NCBI RefSeq assembly: GCF_009834535.1
Contig: NC_045696.1
Span: 83,020,001 to 83,084,000, forward strand
Origin: Camelus ferus
Lineage: Eukaryota
Direction of reading: 5' to 3'
DNA: 64,000 bases
How positions within the stretch are numbered: the first letter of the stretch is position 1; each line of letters begins with the position of its first letter. The notes under the pieces were generated by a model. The model was not told the origin of the DNA. It saw nothing but the letters and a program-made list of their open reading frames with translations, and searched no databases. The position numbers and the translations under genes were made by a program. This document shows positions 26,171-39,400 of the stretch, in pieces.

Positions 26171-28542
26171 ACCAGAGTTGCCCCTATGGAAAGAAGTGGA
26201 TTAGAATGGAGCTCTGTCTCTGTAACTAAAAAAGCCCCTCTACCCTTGCCCTTGCTGTGCCCCTCAGAAGCCCTAATTAATAAGTCTGCTTCAGGGTTAG
26301 TACTCCCCAGGGATATGGGTTAACTGTAGCATTCACTTTTACTGGATTTAACCGAATCCCCATGAGTCACACATTTTGCTCTATTACAATAATCGTATTC
26401 ATGTCACTGGCTGCCTCTTCCTTCTGAAGGAGCTGGTGGGCCCTCTTTGAAAGGATTTACAGGGCCATTGCTCCCACTGGTGAAACCGGGATTGTTCAGC
26501 ACCTACCGTACTATTTCCTTGCCCCCACCGCTGCCCAGACTCTCGTGATTTCATAAGGAGGGTGAAGAAAAACATCCACTGGGAACCTGGGGGCAATTTA
26601 CGGAGGCCAGGAGTAATTACTTAAGGAGGAACTACTGTGCCAGCCTCCTGGGGGCAAGGGTTGAGAGCAGCAGCTGGAATGGTGGCTCTCTGTGATTCCT
26701 GCCAGCTCTCCCCTACCTCTGTTGTTGAGAAGCTTCCAGAACCACTTCCAATTTCTTCTTGGAGCTTCTTTTGAGAAGGGCGTGTTCCCATGCGTCTCCC
26801 ATTGTGTGCCAACCCAGGCAGCTTCTTTGGGATACAGACAAATGTGACTTACTGGGGGACTTTCCTGGCTGCTCCAAAGGGTCACGATGTCCTGGATCTT
26901 AGGCACCCACTGCTTCCAGCTTGGACCCTGCTTCCTGTATTACAGAATGTCTCTTAAGATGAACAAACACCAAACTGTATTCACCGCATGCATTTGAGCA
27001 GTGGGTTTAGAAAATATTACCAATGGGCAACAAGATGGTATCTGGAAACACACAATGGAGCAATTTAGATTAAAGGCTCCTACCTTTGACTCTGTCTGCT
27101 CAGTCATGCATTCCTATAGACATGATTAACTAACCATAAGACCCAGGAATTCAAAGTCTGAATAGAAAATGTCTATTCTTCCCCAAGTGAATCACACATC
27201 ACCTATCACTGCAGAGTTGCCAAACTCTATGGTTTTCTTGTCAAACATAAATTCAATAGCTGACCACAGCAAGGGACAGAAATTTCTTATAAATCAAGTA
27301 ACTACATACATTAGAGGGAGATGCAGGGAACCCACTGCCACATTTCAGTCAATCAAAAATACATGTAATGAGCATCTGCCATATTCAGGGTGCTGGGCTT
27401 TGTGCTGGGGAGGTATTTAATGAAATATGACCTGGCCCTAACCCTCAACCACAGAAATATCTACTTTACATTGCAGCTATGAGGATTGCCTGGCACACAG
27501 TCAGTGACTGGTCAATGGCCACTGTTATCACTACAAGTAATGTAATATAATATGTAGGTAATATTTAAGACATAAATGCAGGAGATGTCACATGATGGAT
27601 GGGTTACCAAACAGCTCACCCAGACACTAATGGTTCTGAGATCAGAAGAAAAGGGAGTTCCTGGAGTCTGAAGCAGGTGAGGTAATTTTATGCAGATGAT
27701 TTCAGCCCTAATTATAATTTACCATTTTGAAAGTTCATCAAGACCTAAATGCCAGGCAGAGTGACTGAAAATTTCATCTCTTTTTAACTTTCACAATCAA
27801 ATGATGTAGATATAATTGCCCCCATTTTCCAGATGAGGAAGTGAGGCTCAGAAAGGCTAAGTAACATATTCTGTGTCACAAAGGCCTGATGCTAATGTTT
27901 TTCCACTTAATCAGATGGTCCCCATCATAGAATTAGAGACGATTAGAGCTGGAAGGAAATGCAGAGAACACGTTGTCCTAATTGCTTGCTTGACAGGTGA
28001 AGAAGCAAAGGTCCAGAGAAGAAAAGTAATTTGCATCATTTCGCACACCTAACTAGTGACATAACTGAAATTAGAAACCAAGGCTCTGGTTCCAAGTTGG
28101 TGCCATTTCCAATATTTTTTCCAAGTGGTCTCCAATATTTATTCTAAGCCAATAGCACTTTTTAAATACAAATATAAAAAGATTATTCTGAGAGAAATCT
28201 TTGTGCTCCAAGTCAATTTTACATAACCTGTCTTCTCTACTGGGTAGGTACTTAATGATTTCCTGTTAGTGAGAAATCATTCTCCACCTCCCATCCCACC
28301 CCACTCCATTCCTTCCACTTGCACACACACTCATACTCAAAATACGTACACCCTCTTTTTATTCAGAAGGTAAAATGCAGGCTAAGTTTATATCACAGCA
28401 TTTGAGATTTTTATTTAAGCCAAGGCTTAACTGAACCATTACTTCCCCAAATTCACCTTTTAGCAGGATTTGGAGTTAATTTGTTTCTTGGGAATTGTAT
28501 AATTTAGGAAAAGTATGGCAAACATCTCCTAACAGTAGAGGC

Positions 28543-28892
28543 TGTGGTCTGAAAATTGCCCACCCTCCCCCAAATCATATGTTAAAATTCTAATGCTCAG
28601 TATGATAGTATTAAAAGGTAGGACCTTTGGGAGGTCATGAGGGTGGAGCCCTCATGAATGGGATTAGTGCCTTATAAAAGAGGCCCCCCAGGGCTCCCTA
28701 GCCCCTTCCACCATGTGAGGACAAAGAGAGAAACACTGCTTATGAACCAGAAAGAGGGTCCTCTCAGAAAGTGACCATGCTGGTTCCTTGATCTTGGACT
28801 TTCAGCCTCTTAGAACTGTGAAAAATGAATTCCTGTTGCTATAAGCTCCCCAGTCTGTGGTATTCCAATCTAGCAGCGTGTATGGACTAAGA
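28543..28892 (+). mobile_element. MaLR solo LTR (MLT1A-like)
   Basis: tgtggtctgaa...gagggtggagccctcatgaatgggattagtgcc...ttgatcttggacttt...atggactaaga. Confidence 0.85.
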
Positions 28893-29239
28893 GAGTAAAT
28901 ATTAATAATTGATTTCAAAATGCTTTCCTTTTTGGCTCATGTGTGGTTCCAAGATCAATGAGAATGCCTATCCACTGGATTGCCAAGTGAGAAAACATTC
29001 GCTCTCTCTGATCACAGGCTTTTCCTCTGGGGCTGATACGATCATGCTACTCTGTGTCCCTCTTTTGTTTTCTTTTCTAGTGCTCTACCAGTTTCTAGAA
29101 TAGACCCCATAAAGTAAAAAGAAACATATAATATGACATTGCAGTAAGCAGGCTTTTTAAACTTGGGAAATTCAGCAACAATTTGTAGCTGATCTTTTAG
29201 TTTACTAATTCAACTATTTTTTCTTTTCTGAGAGTGTAA

Positions 29240-30530
29240 TTATCACTTATCACAAAATAAATACCCATGTAACTATCATTACAACCAAAACACAATATTG
29301 TCAGTACCCAGGAGGCTCCTATGTGCCCCCTCTCCCTCACTCTCTCCCCCATCAAAATCAGCAATACTTTGAACGTTAAGATAATAATTTCCTTGCTTTT
29401 CTTAGTACCAAAGCCCGTATTGTTAAAAACTCCAGTCTTTCCTGGTTTTAAATGTTATTTATATTGAGTCATATAGTATATACATATATATTTAATTCCT
29501 GGCCTGTTTCACTCAACATTACACCCATCCATTCATGAATATGCCACAAGTTATTTAGCTGTACTGTTAAAGGACATTGTTCCAGTTTTGACTATGGTAA
29601 ATAATCTTGCTAAGGACATTTTTTGCATTCTCCTGGCATGCATGTTCTGCATTATCTTGGGTATATATTAAAGGGTAAAATTATAGGGTCATAAAATATG
29701 GTTAGCTTTAGCAGATACATTTCCCCAGAGTAGTTGTAGTAATATACTACCCCATACTAGTGTATGAGAATTCCCATTGCCCCCTAATATTTATTATTAT
29801 CAGTATTCTAAGATTTAGCCGTTCATTAGGTGATCTCAGTTTGTACTTTCTGAATTACTAATGAGCTAAATATCTTTTCATATATTGTATCTATTTACTG
29901 GATATTTGCTACCATTGTGTGTGTATGTGATGCCTTTTCAGTTATCTTTTTTTCTTTTTCTGTTGAGTTGTCTGCCTGTCTCTTATACCTAGGTGAGAGT
30001 TCTTTGCACAAACTGAAAAAAACCTCTTTGCCAGTAACATGTGTCTCTCTTCTTGGTGTTTTGTTTTTAACTCTCTTGACCGTATACTTTGATGAACGGA
30101 AGTGTTCAGTTTTAGTCTATATCCTCATTTATTACTCTTTTCCTTATAATTAGTGCTTTTGTTTTCCACTTAAGTTTTCACTTACAGTAAGACTATGAAT
30201 ATATTCTTCTGTATTATCTTCTAGATGCGTTTTTGTTTTACCTTTCACATTTAAGTCTATAATACATACAGAACTGGTGTTTGTGTACAGTGTGAAATAA
30301 GGTTAAGTTTCTTTTATTTTTCCTAGGCACAGCCAATTTTCCCAATACCATGTTTTGAAAAGCCCACCTTTCCCCTCTGCTGTAGTACCACTGTTGTTGG
30401 AAATCACGTGCCCATATATGCATCTGTCTGTTGGCGAGAATCTTGATGCTCTTCATTTGATTGACTTATATCTTTATCAACCAATACTATGCTCTTTAAA
30501 TGACTGTAGCTTTATAAATTTGACATACAG
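29240..30530 (-). mobile_element. Old L1M 3' fragment
   Basis: Antisense L1 motifs (tgtatgagaattccc, tttcacatttaagtctat, ccaattttcccaataccat). Confidence 0.7.
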
Positions 30531-30669
30531 TTGAGCAAGGCCAACCGTTAATGGTTATTTGTAAAGGAGATTAGTCTGCAGAAAATACACAGGAGGAACA
30601 TCAGAGGAAGGTTAAAAATTAAGAGTTGTTGGGGGGCACAGTCTTTGGAACACTTGTCTTTTCTTCCTA

Positions 30670-31630
30670 CACTAACTGCTTAGGTCACTTTATCTAGTCT
30701 CATGTGTGAAATACCATCTATATGCCAATGGCTCTGAACCCTAAGTCTCCACCCTGGAATTTTTCCCTAAATCTTGAACTCAACTCTCCAAGAACCTATC
30801 TGACATCTTCATTTGAAAATCTAATAGGTATCTCAAACTTAACTGGCCTCCTGATATCTGCCTCTCCCCAATAAAGTTCTAACTCTTTCTTTAGTCATTC
30901 CCAACTCAGGTAAATAGCAATCAATTCTTTCATAAATCTTGCTCTTTTTAAACTCTCTTTCTCACTCTCCACATGCGTTGTATCAGCAAATTCTTTGTTC
31001 TGTATGAGATTACATCCAAAATTAACAACTAACAACTTCTTCCCACTTCAATCTTGACATCCTGGACACCATCTTCTCTTGCCAAGATTAACACAATAGT
31101 CTCCCTTATCTGCCCCTAGTTCACCATAATTTATTCTCTACCCAGAAAGCATAATCATTTTCCTGTTATTCCTCTTTTCAAAAAAAGTTCAATGGATGTC
31201 CACATCACTCCAAGTAAAAACCAAAATATTATGTTGAACAACCTCCTAAATGATCTGGTTTCCTGACAGCTCTTTGATGTCACCTCTCAGTGTTCTCCCC
31301 TCCATCCTCTCTGTTCCAGCTGCCTGGTCCTCAAGCATCCTAGGGACGCTCCCTCCCTCATGCTTTCACATTAGCTCTTCCCTCTGCCTGGGACACTGTT
31401 GGTTGTCTCCCTGCTGGTATCCACACGTCTGAATTTCCCATTTCTTTTAGTTCTTTGCTCTGTAGTTACCTTCTCAGTGAGACCATCCCTGGAAACCTCA
31501 TCTAGAATTTCATAGACTAACATTTCATATTGCCTTTCCATGCTTTATTTTTTATCCTTAATAGTGATTACTACCTAACATACTGTCTAAAATACATATT
31601 TTACTTATTTATATTGTTTACTTTGTGACT
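30670..31630 (+). mobile_element. LINE-2 fragment
   Basis: taccatctatatgccaatg (HLYADD remnant), tctaataggtatctcaaacttaac, ccttctcagtgagaccatccctg. Confidence 0.75.
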
Positions 31631-32276
31631 TTTTGAAGTGATGTGATTTGAAGCCCAAATGGAGAAATTCACCTTAAAAGGAGTGATAGCAGGACACCCA
31701 TTGTAACAGGGGTGAGGTGGATAGGGTAACTGCCTGCATAAGGGGGTTTACAAGTCTGGTTGGCTGAGCGGCCCGCGGTTTACTCCACAGGCAGTGCTCC
31801 TGATTACCTGCATATCATCCCCAAAAGGCCTGGCTGGGCTGAGCAGGTGTTTTGAAATTCTTTATGATTGGTCAGTTTCTGTGCTTTATAATCATATTAG
31901 AACACTTTGACTATTGAGTATGGTTGGAAGTGGGGAAGATGGACAAGTGGAGTGGGGACAAGAAGAGAGAAATATGCGTATAGAAGTCCAATATACTTAT
32001 ATTCATTTGAGTTTTAAATTCTTGTTAATGTAAGTAGCTAAAAGTTCTATCTGTAGCTTTAGCTATGATTGTGTCAACTCAAATGCAGTACAGCCTGAAA
32101 TCTGGCCCTACAAAAGGGTCAATAGTTGGTTAAATCCAAGATCACTGTCAGCAAGTAGCAGTTCCAGGCTTACAAGACAATTTTAGTACTGTCCTTCTCT
32201 ACCACTTTCATATGATAACCTCATGAGTAAGGTGACTTCCTAGATGAACAGAAATTTAGAATTGAAAGATTGTGTT

Positions 32277-32725
32277 TGTTATAGGTTGAACAGTATCCCT
32301 CCAAGAGATATTGAAATCATAACATCCAGTACCTATGAATGTGACCTTATTTGAGAATAGGGTCTTGGCAGATGATTTAAGTTGAGGTTATTAGTGTCAA
32401 CCCTAATCCAGTAATGACTTGGGTCCTTATAAAACAAACATTCAGACAGAAGCAGATATGTCTGTGGGGAGAACACCACACGAAGATGACAGCAGAGATG
32501 AAGGTGATGTATCTACAGGCTAAGGGATGCCAGGGATTGCCAGCAAACGCTCAGAAGCTCAGCAAGAGGTAAGGAACAGGTTTTCCTTCACAGCCCTCAG
32601 AAGGAACCAGCCCTGCTGACGTCTTGGTCACAGGCTTCTATCTACCAAAAATAAGAGGAAAATGTTGTTGTTTAAACCACACAGTTGGTGGTACTTTGTT
32701 ACAGCAGCCCTAGAAAACTAATGTA
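32277..32725 (+). mobile_element. MaLR solo LTR (MLT1C-like)
   Basis: tgttataggttgaa...gaatgtgaccttatttgagaatagggtc...gtactttgttacagcagccctagaaaactaat. Confidence 0.85.
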
Positions 32726-32829
32726 GTCCCTATTCTTTTCAGAACAATGAAAGTAAATAGAATTCAACTCATGACCACAAGAATTTTAATCTCATAAAAT
32801 TTCTAAGGTTTGAAGAGTCATTTAAAAAC

Positions 32830-33420
32830 TTTCTAAATTAGAACAATTTTAGATTTAAGGAAAAATTGCAAACCTACTACAGAGTATTCCTCTACACAGT
32901 TTCCTCTGTTACCATCTTAACTATAGTAGGGCACACTTGTCACAACCAATGAACTGATATTGATACATTATTACTGACCAAACACATACTTTACTCAGAT
33001 TTCTTAGTTTTTACCCAGTGTCTTATCCCACCCAGGGCACCATGTTACATTTAGTTGTCATGTTTCCTTAGGATCCTCTTGGTAGTGATAATTTCTGACT
33101 TTCCTTATTTTTGATGACGCTGATCATTTTGAGGAGTACAGGTCGGGTATTTTGTGGAATTTGACTCATGCTGTTCCTCATGGTGGTGATGAGCTTTAGG
33201 GGGAAGGTCACAGAACTAAGGTATCTTTTTCACCACATCCTATCAAGGGTATGGACTACCAGCATGACTTATCACTGTCACTTTAACCTTGACCACCTAC
33301 CTGATGGAGTGTTTGTCGGAATTCTCCACTGTGAAGTTACTCCTGTCCCCTGTCTTTCATGCTATATTCTTTGGCAAGAAGTCACTATACACAGCCCACA
33401 CTCCAGAAATAGGGAGTTAT
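32830..33420 (-). mobile_element. Old L1M (MC/MD-like) 3'UTR fragment
   Basis: ttagaacaattttagattta...gatattgatacattattact...catttagttgtcatgtttccttagg. Confidence 0.65.
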
Positions 33421-36400
33421 GTAAAAGCTTATGCTTCAAAAACTCCGAGTATATTTAATGCATCAATTCTAGTCATTCGATGAACATTTATGGAGGGCTA
33501 GTCATGTGCAATGCACTATGCTAGGTTCTGAGGAAACAGCACTGAGAAAACAGATAAAGTTTCTGCTTCAACACAGTGTTAAAGTTGGTGGAGAAGACAG
33601 GTATTGAGGAAGGATTAAAAGCGTGCTAAGTCATGAAGAAACTGAGGGTAATATGAGGGTGTAAAACATGATGAGGGAGTGGGGTGGTGGGCTAGTTAAC
33701 TTAGTGCAGGAAAACAGAAAGTTTCATCAAGAAAATTATGTTTAAGCGAAATTCTGCAGACACATAGGAGTCAGGTAAGCATGTGATGTCATGTTGGGGA
33801 GTTATCATATTAACTGATACAGTCCTGCTTGGCTGAGAATTAAGCTTCTCCTTGTTTTAGAAGGCAGGAAGAAACTTTAGAAAAGATCTCAAATAAGGCT
33901 AACACTAGAGTTTATAATATTTTTGGAAAGCCAGTTGAAAACTCCTAACCTTGGAAATTTATTATGAATAGTTAGGGACAGCTCATACTGGAACTCTCTC
34001 TTCAAAAAAACCCATGGAAATAGCAACACTACAAAGCTTTTATCATCTGGATAGTGGTTTACGATAGCCATTGTCTCATGCAGATGACAGAATTGTGTGG
34101 TTTTCAGGATGTTTGCTACCAAGGGAGAAAAAAATACCTGAGGAAGCCATTTCCCCAAATATGGTGACAGCCTAGTCATTAAAGAACATTCTACTTCATT
34201 ATTATGAATATATGAATCACTCCAGTGGTTTACTGTGAATATTTCTTACCATTTACAAGAAAACATCTGCTACAACTAGATGAATGATTAGCTGCAAAGT
34301 ATATAGGAATTTTATTTTTAAGGATTACTTTCCAAAGTGCCCCCATTTCACCCTTCACTTCATTCAGGTGCATGTTTAGTGATGTAGGAGGTCATTTCCA
34401 GAATTTCCTGGGTCGGTAGGAGCAAATTCTTGAAGAGGCTCATAAGATAAGGTTTTTGCACCTCTCAGAATCTGAGCATTTTTTTGAGATTACTCCATCT
34501 CATTTTCAAAGAACTCTGTCCCCTGTCTCTGGCCCTCCCAGGACATACCTTCAAGGTTAATGTTTAAGTGTTAATTAAGCCTAGCCATCCCTTAAGAGAT
34601 AAGTAAGTAAACAGGCTAGCCATGATAACAAGGTTTCGAAGACTGGCCATAAAGGAATGTTAATGCATCTTTCATAGTGGAAACAATACATTTATAATCT
34701 TAGACTTGGAGTAACTATGGTTACCAAGACTCGTGCGGCTTTACCTTCACTTGGTTCCTTTCACTGGGGATCCACCTCTGTCATCAGGAGAGAGTCTCCT
34801 TGGCTAATGGCCTTCAGTGTGTCATCAGGAGAATACAAAGAGTAAATACCTCATGAATAGAGAGTGTAAATTTCTTTATCTGCTTCAGAAGTGTCTTTTC
34901 AGTAAGGAAGACTTGGTCAACAAAGGAGAGAGAAGTGTTCTCAGTTTAAACCAACTTTCTGAATAAAACAGCACTGGCTTTCTATTGTACCTGAAGTGTT
35001 GCGTTATCAGTGATTACCTGCCAAGTACTTCAAGTCTTTAGAGCCATAGTCCTGATGTGGACTACGTGCTTCATAAAGAATTTCTGCAGATACTTAGGGT
35101 GAAGGGGTCAAGAAGAAGATATAATCAGGACAGAATCTAGACTCCTAGATTTAAGATGAATTACTGCGAGCAGCTTCTCAAAGAGTGTTAAGGAGACAGG
35201 AAATTGTTGAAACCTAACATTAGAAACAAAGCAGGGCTCAAAAGTATATATCTAATCTGCTCTATAAAAATGATATGAAATATATTAAGATGAAAAGAAG
35301 CACATGAAAATGTAAACAGTGGTTATCTTAGGGTTGAGATTACAGATGATTTGACACACACAAAATTATAACTTAAATATTTATGAAAGGCAATTAGTTT
35401 TATATAATAATGTATTTCACACAGTAGCTACAGCGTTGGCAATTACGAGGACTCACTGTTAACTGGGACACTTTCAAAGTTGCTTCGCAAATGATAACAG
35501 GAGTGATTAAAGCACTGATGCTTTTCCACCTGGAGGGAAAAAGCGTGATGAAACATTAAAGCTGGCTTCAACCGTTTGGAAGACTGTCAAGCAGAGACGT
35601 GACAAGGCTTATTTCCCAAAGACTGGAAGTTCTATGGAGTTTAGCACTCGTCTTAATTTAAGAAAAGGATTTCTAACAGCAAGGGAACAGATTGAGAGTC
35701 AAGAATTACATAGGGCATTCAAGAAGAGGTTGGAGGGATAGCAGACATATGGTTACAAAAATAATTGCTTCACTGAGTGAGAACTGACTATGGGGTTTTT
35801 AAGGTCTTTTCAAGCCTTGGATTCTATTATTTTAAACATTGCTAACATATTTGCCCAACACTCTAGAGGTCAGAAGTCTTGGTTTTTCTTTTCCTCACTT
35901 TCTTTTCCTCCACCCCACTCTCACTTCCCTCCCATATTGACAGAAAATGCTGACTTTTGCTGGGAGTCACAGGGGCAAATCGCCCTTAAGAACAATGCTA
36001 AAAGAGCAGTAAATTCCTCATGATAAAGCTTCTGATTTAAAGACAGGAACTGAAAGAATATAGTGACTTGTCTAATTTATTACCACAACATATTTTGTAC
36101 CATAATGGTAGGGCGGAGTTCCCTTGGCTTGGGGTTTGCAGGAGCTTAAGACAAATGGGAAAGAATAAGATGGGCTCATGTTTCTAACGCTCATCTGATC
36201 ACACATTTAGACACGATCCATGCTATCCATTCTTTTCTCTAGTCCATCAATTTCCACACCATGTTACTCAAAAATGGTCAAAGACGTTCTTGAATCAACC
36301 TTCCCAGACATCTCAGCCCTCTAGTTCAGGAAGCCCATTGTATGATTCCCCAAAGAGTGCGACATCCTCACCTCTTCTTCAACCCAGATAGGAAGCAAAT

Positions 36401-39400
36401 ATTCTTATAACACCATTCTTTTAGGAACTAGGCAAATAGTATTAGAAACTTTGTTCCAAATACCAATAACCATTTATCTTCTAGTAAAAATAACAGTATA
36501 GATATTTAGAATTCTGGGCAATTTCAATATTTAGACAACTTATTCTACTCAAAGACGTGAATACTAGAGGGATGACTTAGCCTTTTGGACATGTTTCTTT
36601 GATAAATATTAAATATGTAAATTTCTTTTACTTTGCTTCAGGAATATAAAGACATATCATAGAAGGAAGAACTGTAATTCATAATTCTCAATTTTCTGAA
36701 AGGGCCTCTAATTTCAAATAGATCATGTTAAATTTTCCACTGTCACTTTCCATGTTTTGATTTTTTTTTTAACTTGGAACATTCTGCCCTGCACAAGACA
36801 GTATTTAGAAGAGACTGCAGATTGGCTTTATATAAATAACAGAATAATTAAAGTAACTACCTCAAAAAAGGAGTTATGGAGCTAATACCCAACAGGGCTT
36901 AGACCAGCTTTCTGTATTCAGTAAGACTGCAAGATCAGGTCACTGTTATTATTGTGGTCAATGATATTACTATTAAGAGGGGAACTTACCCTGCACAGTT
37001 CAGATTCCACTTATATTTATTATCTATGTGTTTCAGGCGCTGTGCTCTCTGTTTTCATTTAAATTTCTTGTTAACTTTGAGTGAAGAAATTTGTCCATCT
37101 CTATCCAGAGGAGAAAAATGTAGTTTAAAAGATTAAGTATTCTGCTGCCCAGAGGTAGAGCTGGGATACAAACTCAGGTTTCCTGACTCTAAGACTGAGG
37201 CACAGAATTTTTAAAATGCCTTCATGTACAATTACTCGAACAACCTGTAGGGCTTCACTGTGATAGCATGAACATGCCCACAACACCCTGTAGGACAAAT
37301 GGGACCTGAGTTGAGTTATCCCCTTCCTGAGACAGGCGTGTTAAACTGCTCTCCAGGATCGTCAATTGGTACAGGACAAATGAATGATTCAAAGCCACAT
37401 TTCTGCAGAGTTCTCCATGCTGTGAAGTATTAAGGAGAACAAAGCATCTCAGTAGTAACAGGACCCAAATACCTCTGATTGCTTGCAATGTCTTAGCTTT
37501 TCCATGATGTAAATTATAATTAATTTTTATCAATACAGGGAATCTTTCTTTGTTAACCAGAAAAATCCTCTGAATTAGTTATATTTTCAATGAGTCTATT
37601 AGTAGGAAAGAAGCATTCATCAAAATGGTAGTCTGAAAATGGAGATGGACAATGTTGGCCAAGAAAGAAGAAAGAACAGGTGTTTGATCTTATCCCACAC
37701 TCATTCGGAGTGGAATACGGAAGAGAAACACTCTTGTTTTTGTGGACATGTGCTAAAGAAAACAGAGAAATCCAGCCAAGTCGCACAGTGAGTTTCATGA
37801 ATATATGGAGAAATGTTTACTTGTCTTGAATTGAGGATGGAATTCTAGTCCCTTGGACAATAAGCCCGATTTTCGAAGGCCAGCATAAGCCCACTTGTGT
37901 TGTCTATCATTCTCTCTTCTGGGAACATTCTAATTTAGCTAAAACCAGGATTTGGATTTAGCCTAGCTATAAATTAAAAGTATACTATATGGCTATGCAG
38001 CCCTGCCCAAGAGTTTATTTGCTTTTACATTAAAAAATAACTCAAGTTACTCTCAGTGGATTCATTAAAAGCTTGATTTCTCCACTTTATAGCTATTTTG
38101 CCTGGCAGATGGGATCTGGGTTTTTCCTTATGCTGCATTTTTCGAACCATGTATATGTGCTGGGATAGCAGTATAGTTTCCCGCCAACACAAAAGCCACA
38201 TGAATATTTCAATAAAATTGCATTATTTGGCATCTACTGTCCACACATGTTCACTTGGCTATTGCTAGTCCAAGCCAATTATAGCCACAAGGGGAATGAG
38301 TGTTTGAAATTTAAACAAGGAGCTTTAAATTTTGTAAGAGAGAAGAGGCCTCCTGACAGATAGATCAGTCTCTAATTCATTTTTAATGTAGTTGACAATT
38401 CCATAAATCACTGTTTCCCTCTCATTATGTGCCAGCTTCTGGGCTGTAGGAGCCCAAACAGAAAACTTCTTTATACTTTTGGGTGGGGAGTTTAGGACTA
38501 GGTTAGACTTTGAACGAGCTTTTAAGGGTGAATAACTTCACCATGCAGAGAATAACGAGTATTTGAAGTCGAGAGGATGGCATGAAGGCATGACGAATTC
38601 AAGGGAAGAGCAAGTTCTCTGATGTGGCTGGAGATCACGTGGCAGAATGGATGGAAAAATGCAAGTTGGAAGGAGATGGTAGAGATGATGGATCTCTCGT
38701 GCAGTCAAAGGGTCATCATCAAAAGTTTTAAAATGAGGAGTGTTAAACTTTAGCCCTAGGAGTCTTGAGAAGTGGAGTATTACATTCCCACAAATGTGAA
38801 AAGAAAACCTAACACCTTTCCCAGTAAAACGTGTCTGTAAAGTCTGAAGTTAAGTGGACAGATAAGTAGGAGAGAAAGCTGTTTGGAAATATTGTTGTCA
38901 GCTAAGAACCAAAGCATGTAATACCTTAGTTAGATTACCCTAGGAATATTTTTTTTTTATTCTGATTTTTAAGAATCTGGTTGGGAATTGGGAGAGAACA
39001 AGGTACAGATGGAATTAATGTGAACGCTCTCTGTCTAATGTTAAGGCCACTCGGAGATACCATTTGTTTAATCATTGTCTGTATACATGTCAAGAAAAAA
39101 AAAAGACACACACTTTTTTTTTTATGTGCCAAAAATGATCGTGGTTGAAAATGATCCATGTGTCTTGATCAGAATCTGAAATATGAACCTACTCTCATTT
39201 TCTTACCTTCCCAGATTTTCAGCTATGTATGGATTTTCATCCTCTGCAGTAGTGTTTTAGAATTGTATGTACAGCACAGTCAAGAGCTTGGTCCCCAGAA
39301 TCAGGCAAACCTGAGCTCTGTCCATGTAGGAGCTGTATGACCTCAGCAAGAGATTAGATTCCTTTGAGTCTCAACTTTTCCAACTGTTAAAAAGAAAAAT

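Noticed and set aside
36150..36432. Minus-strand acceptor followed by a partly open frame
   Set aside because: Multiple stops, no clear exon definition; may be an ancient repeat remnant.
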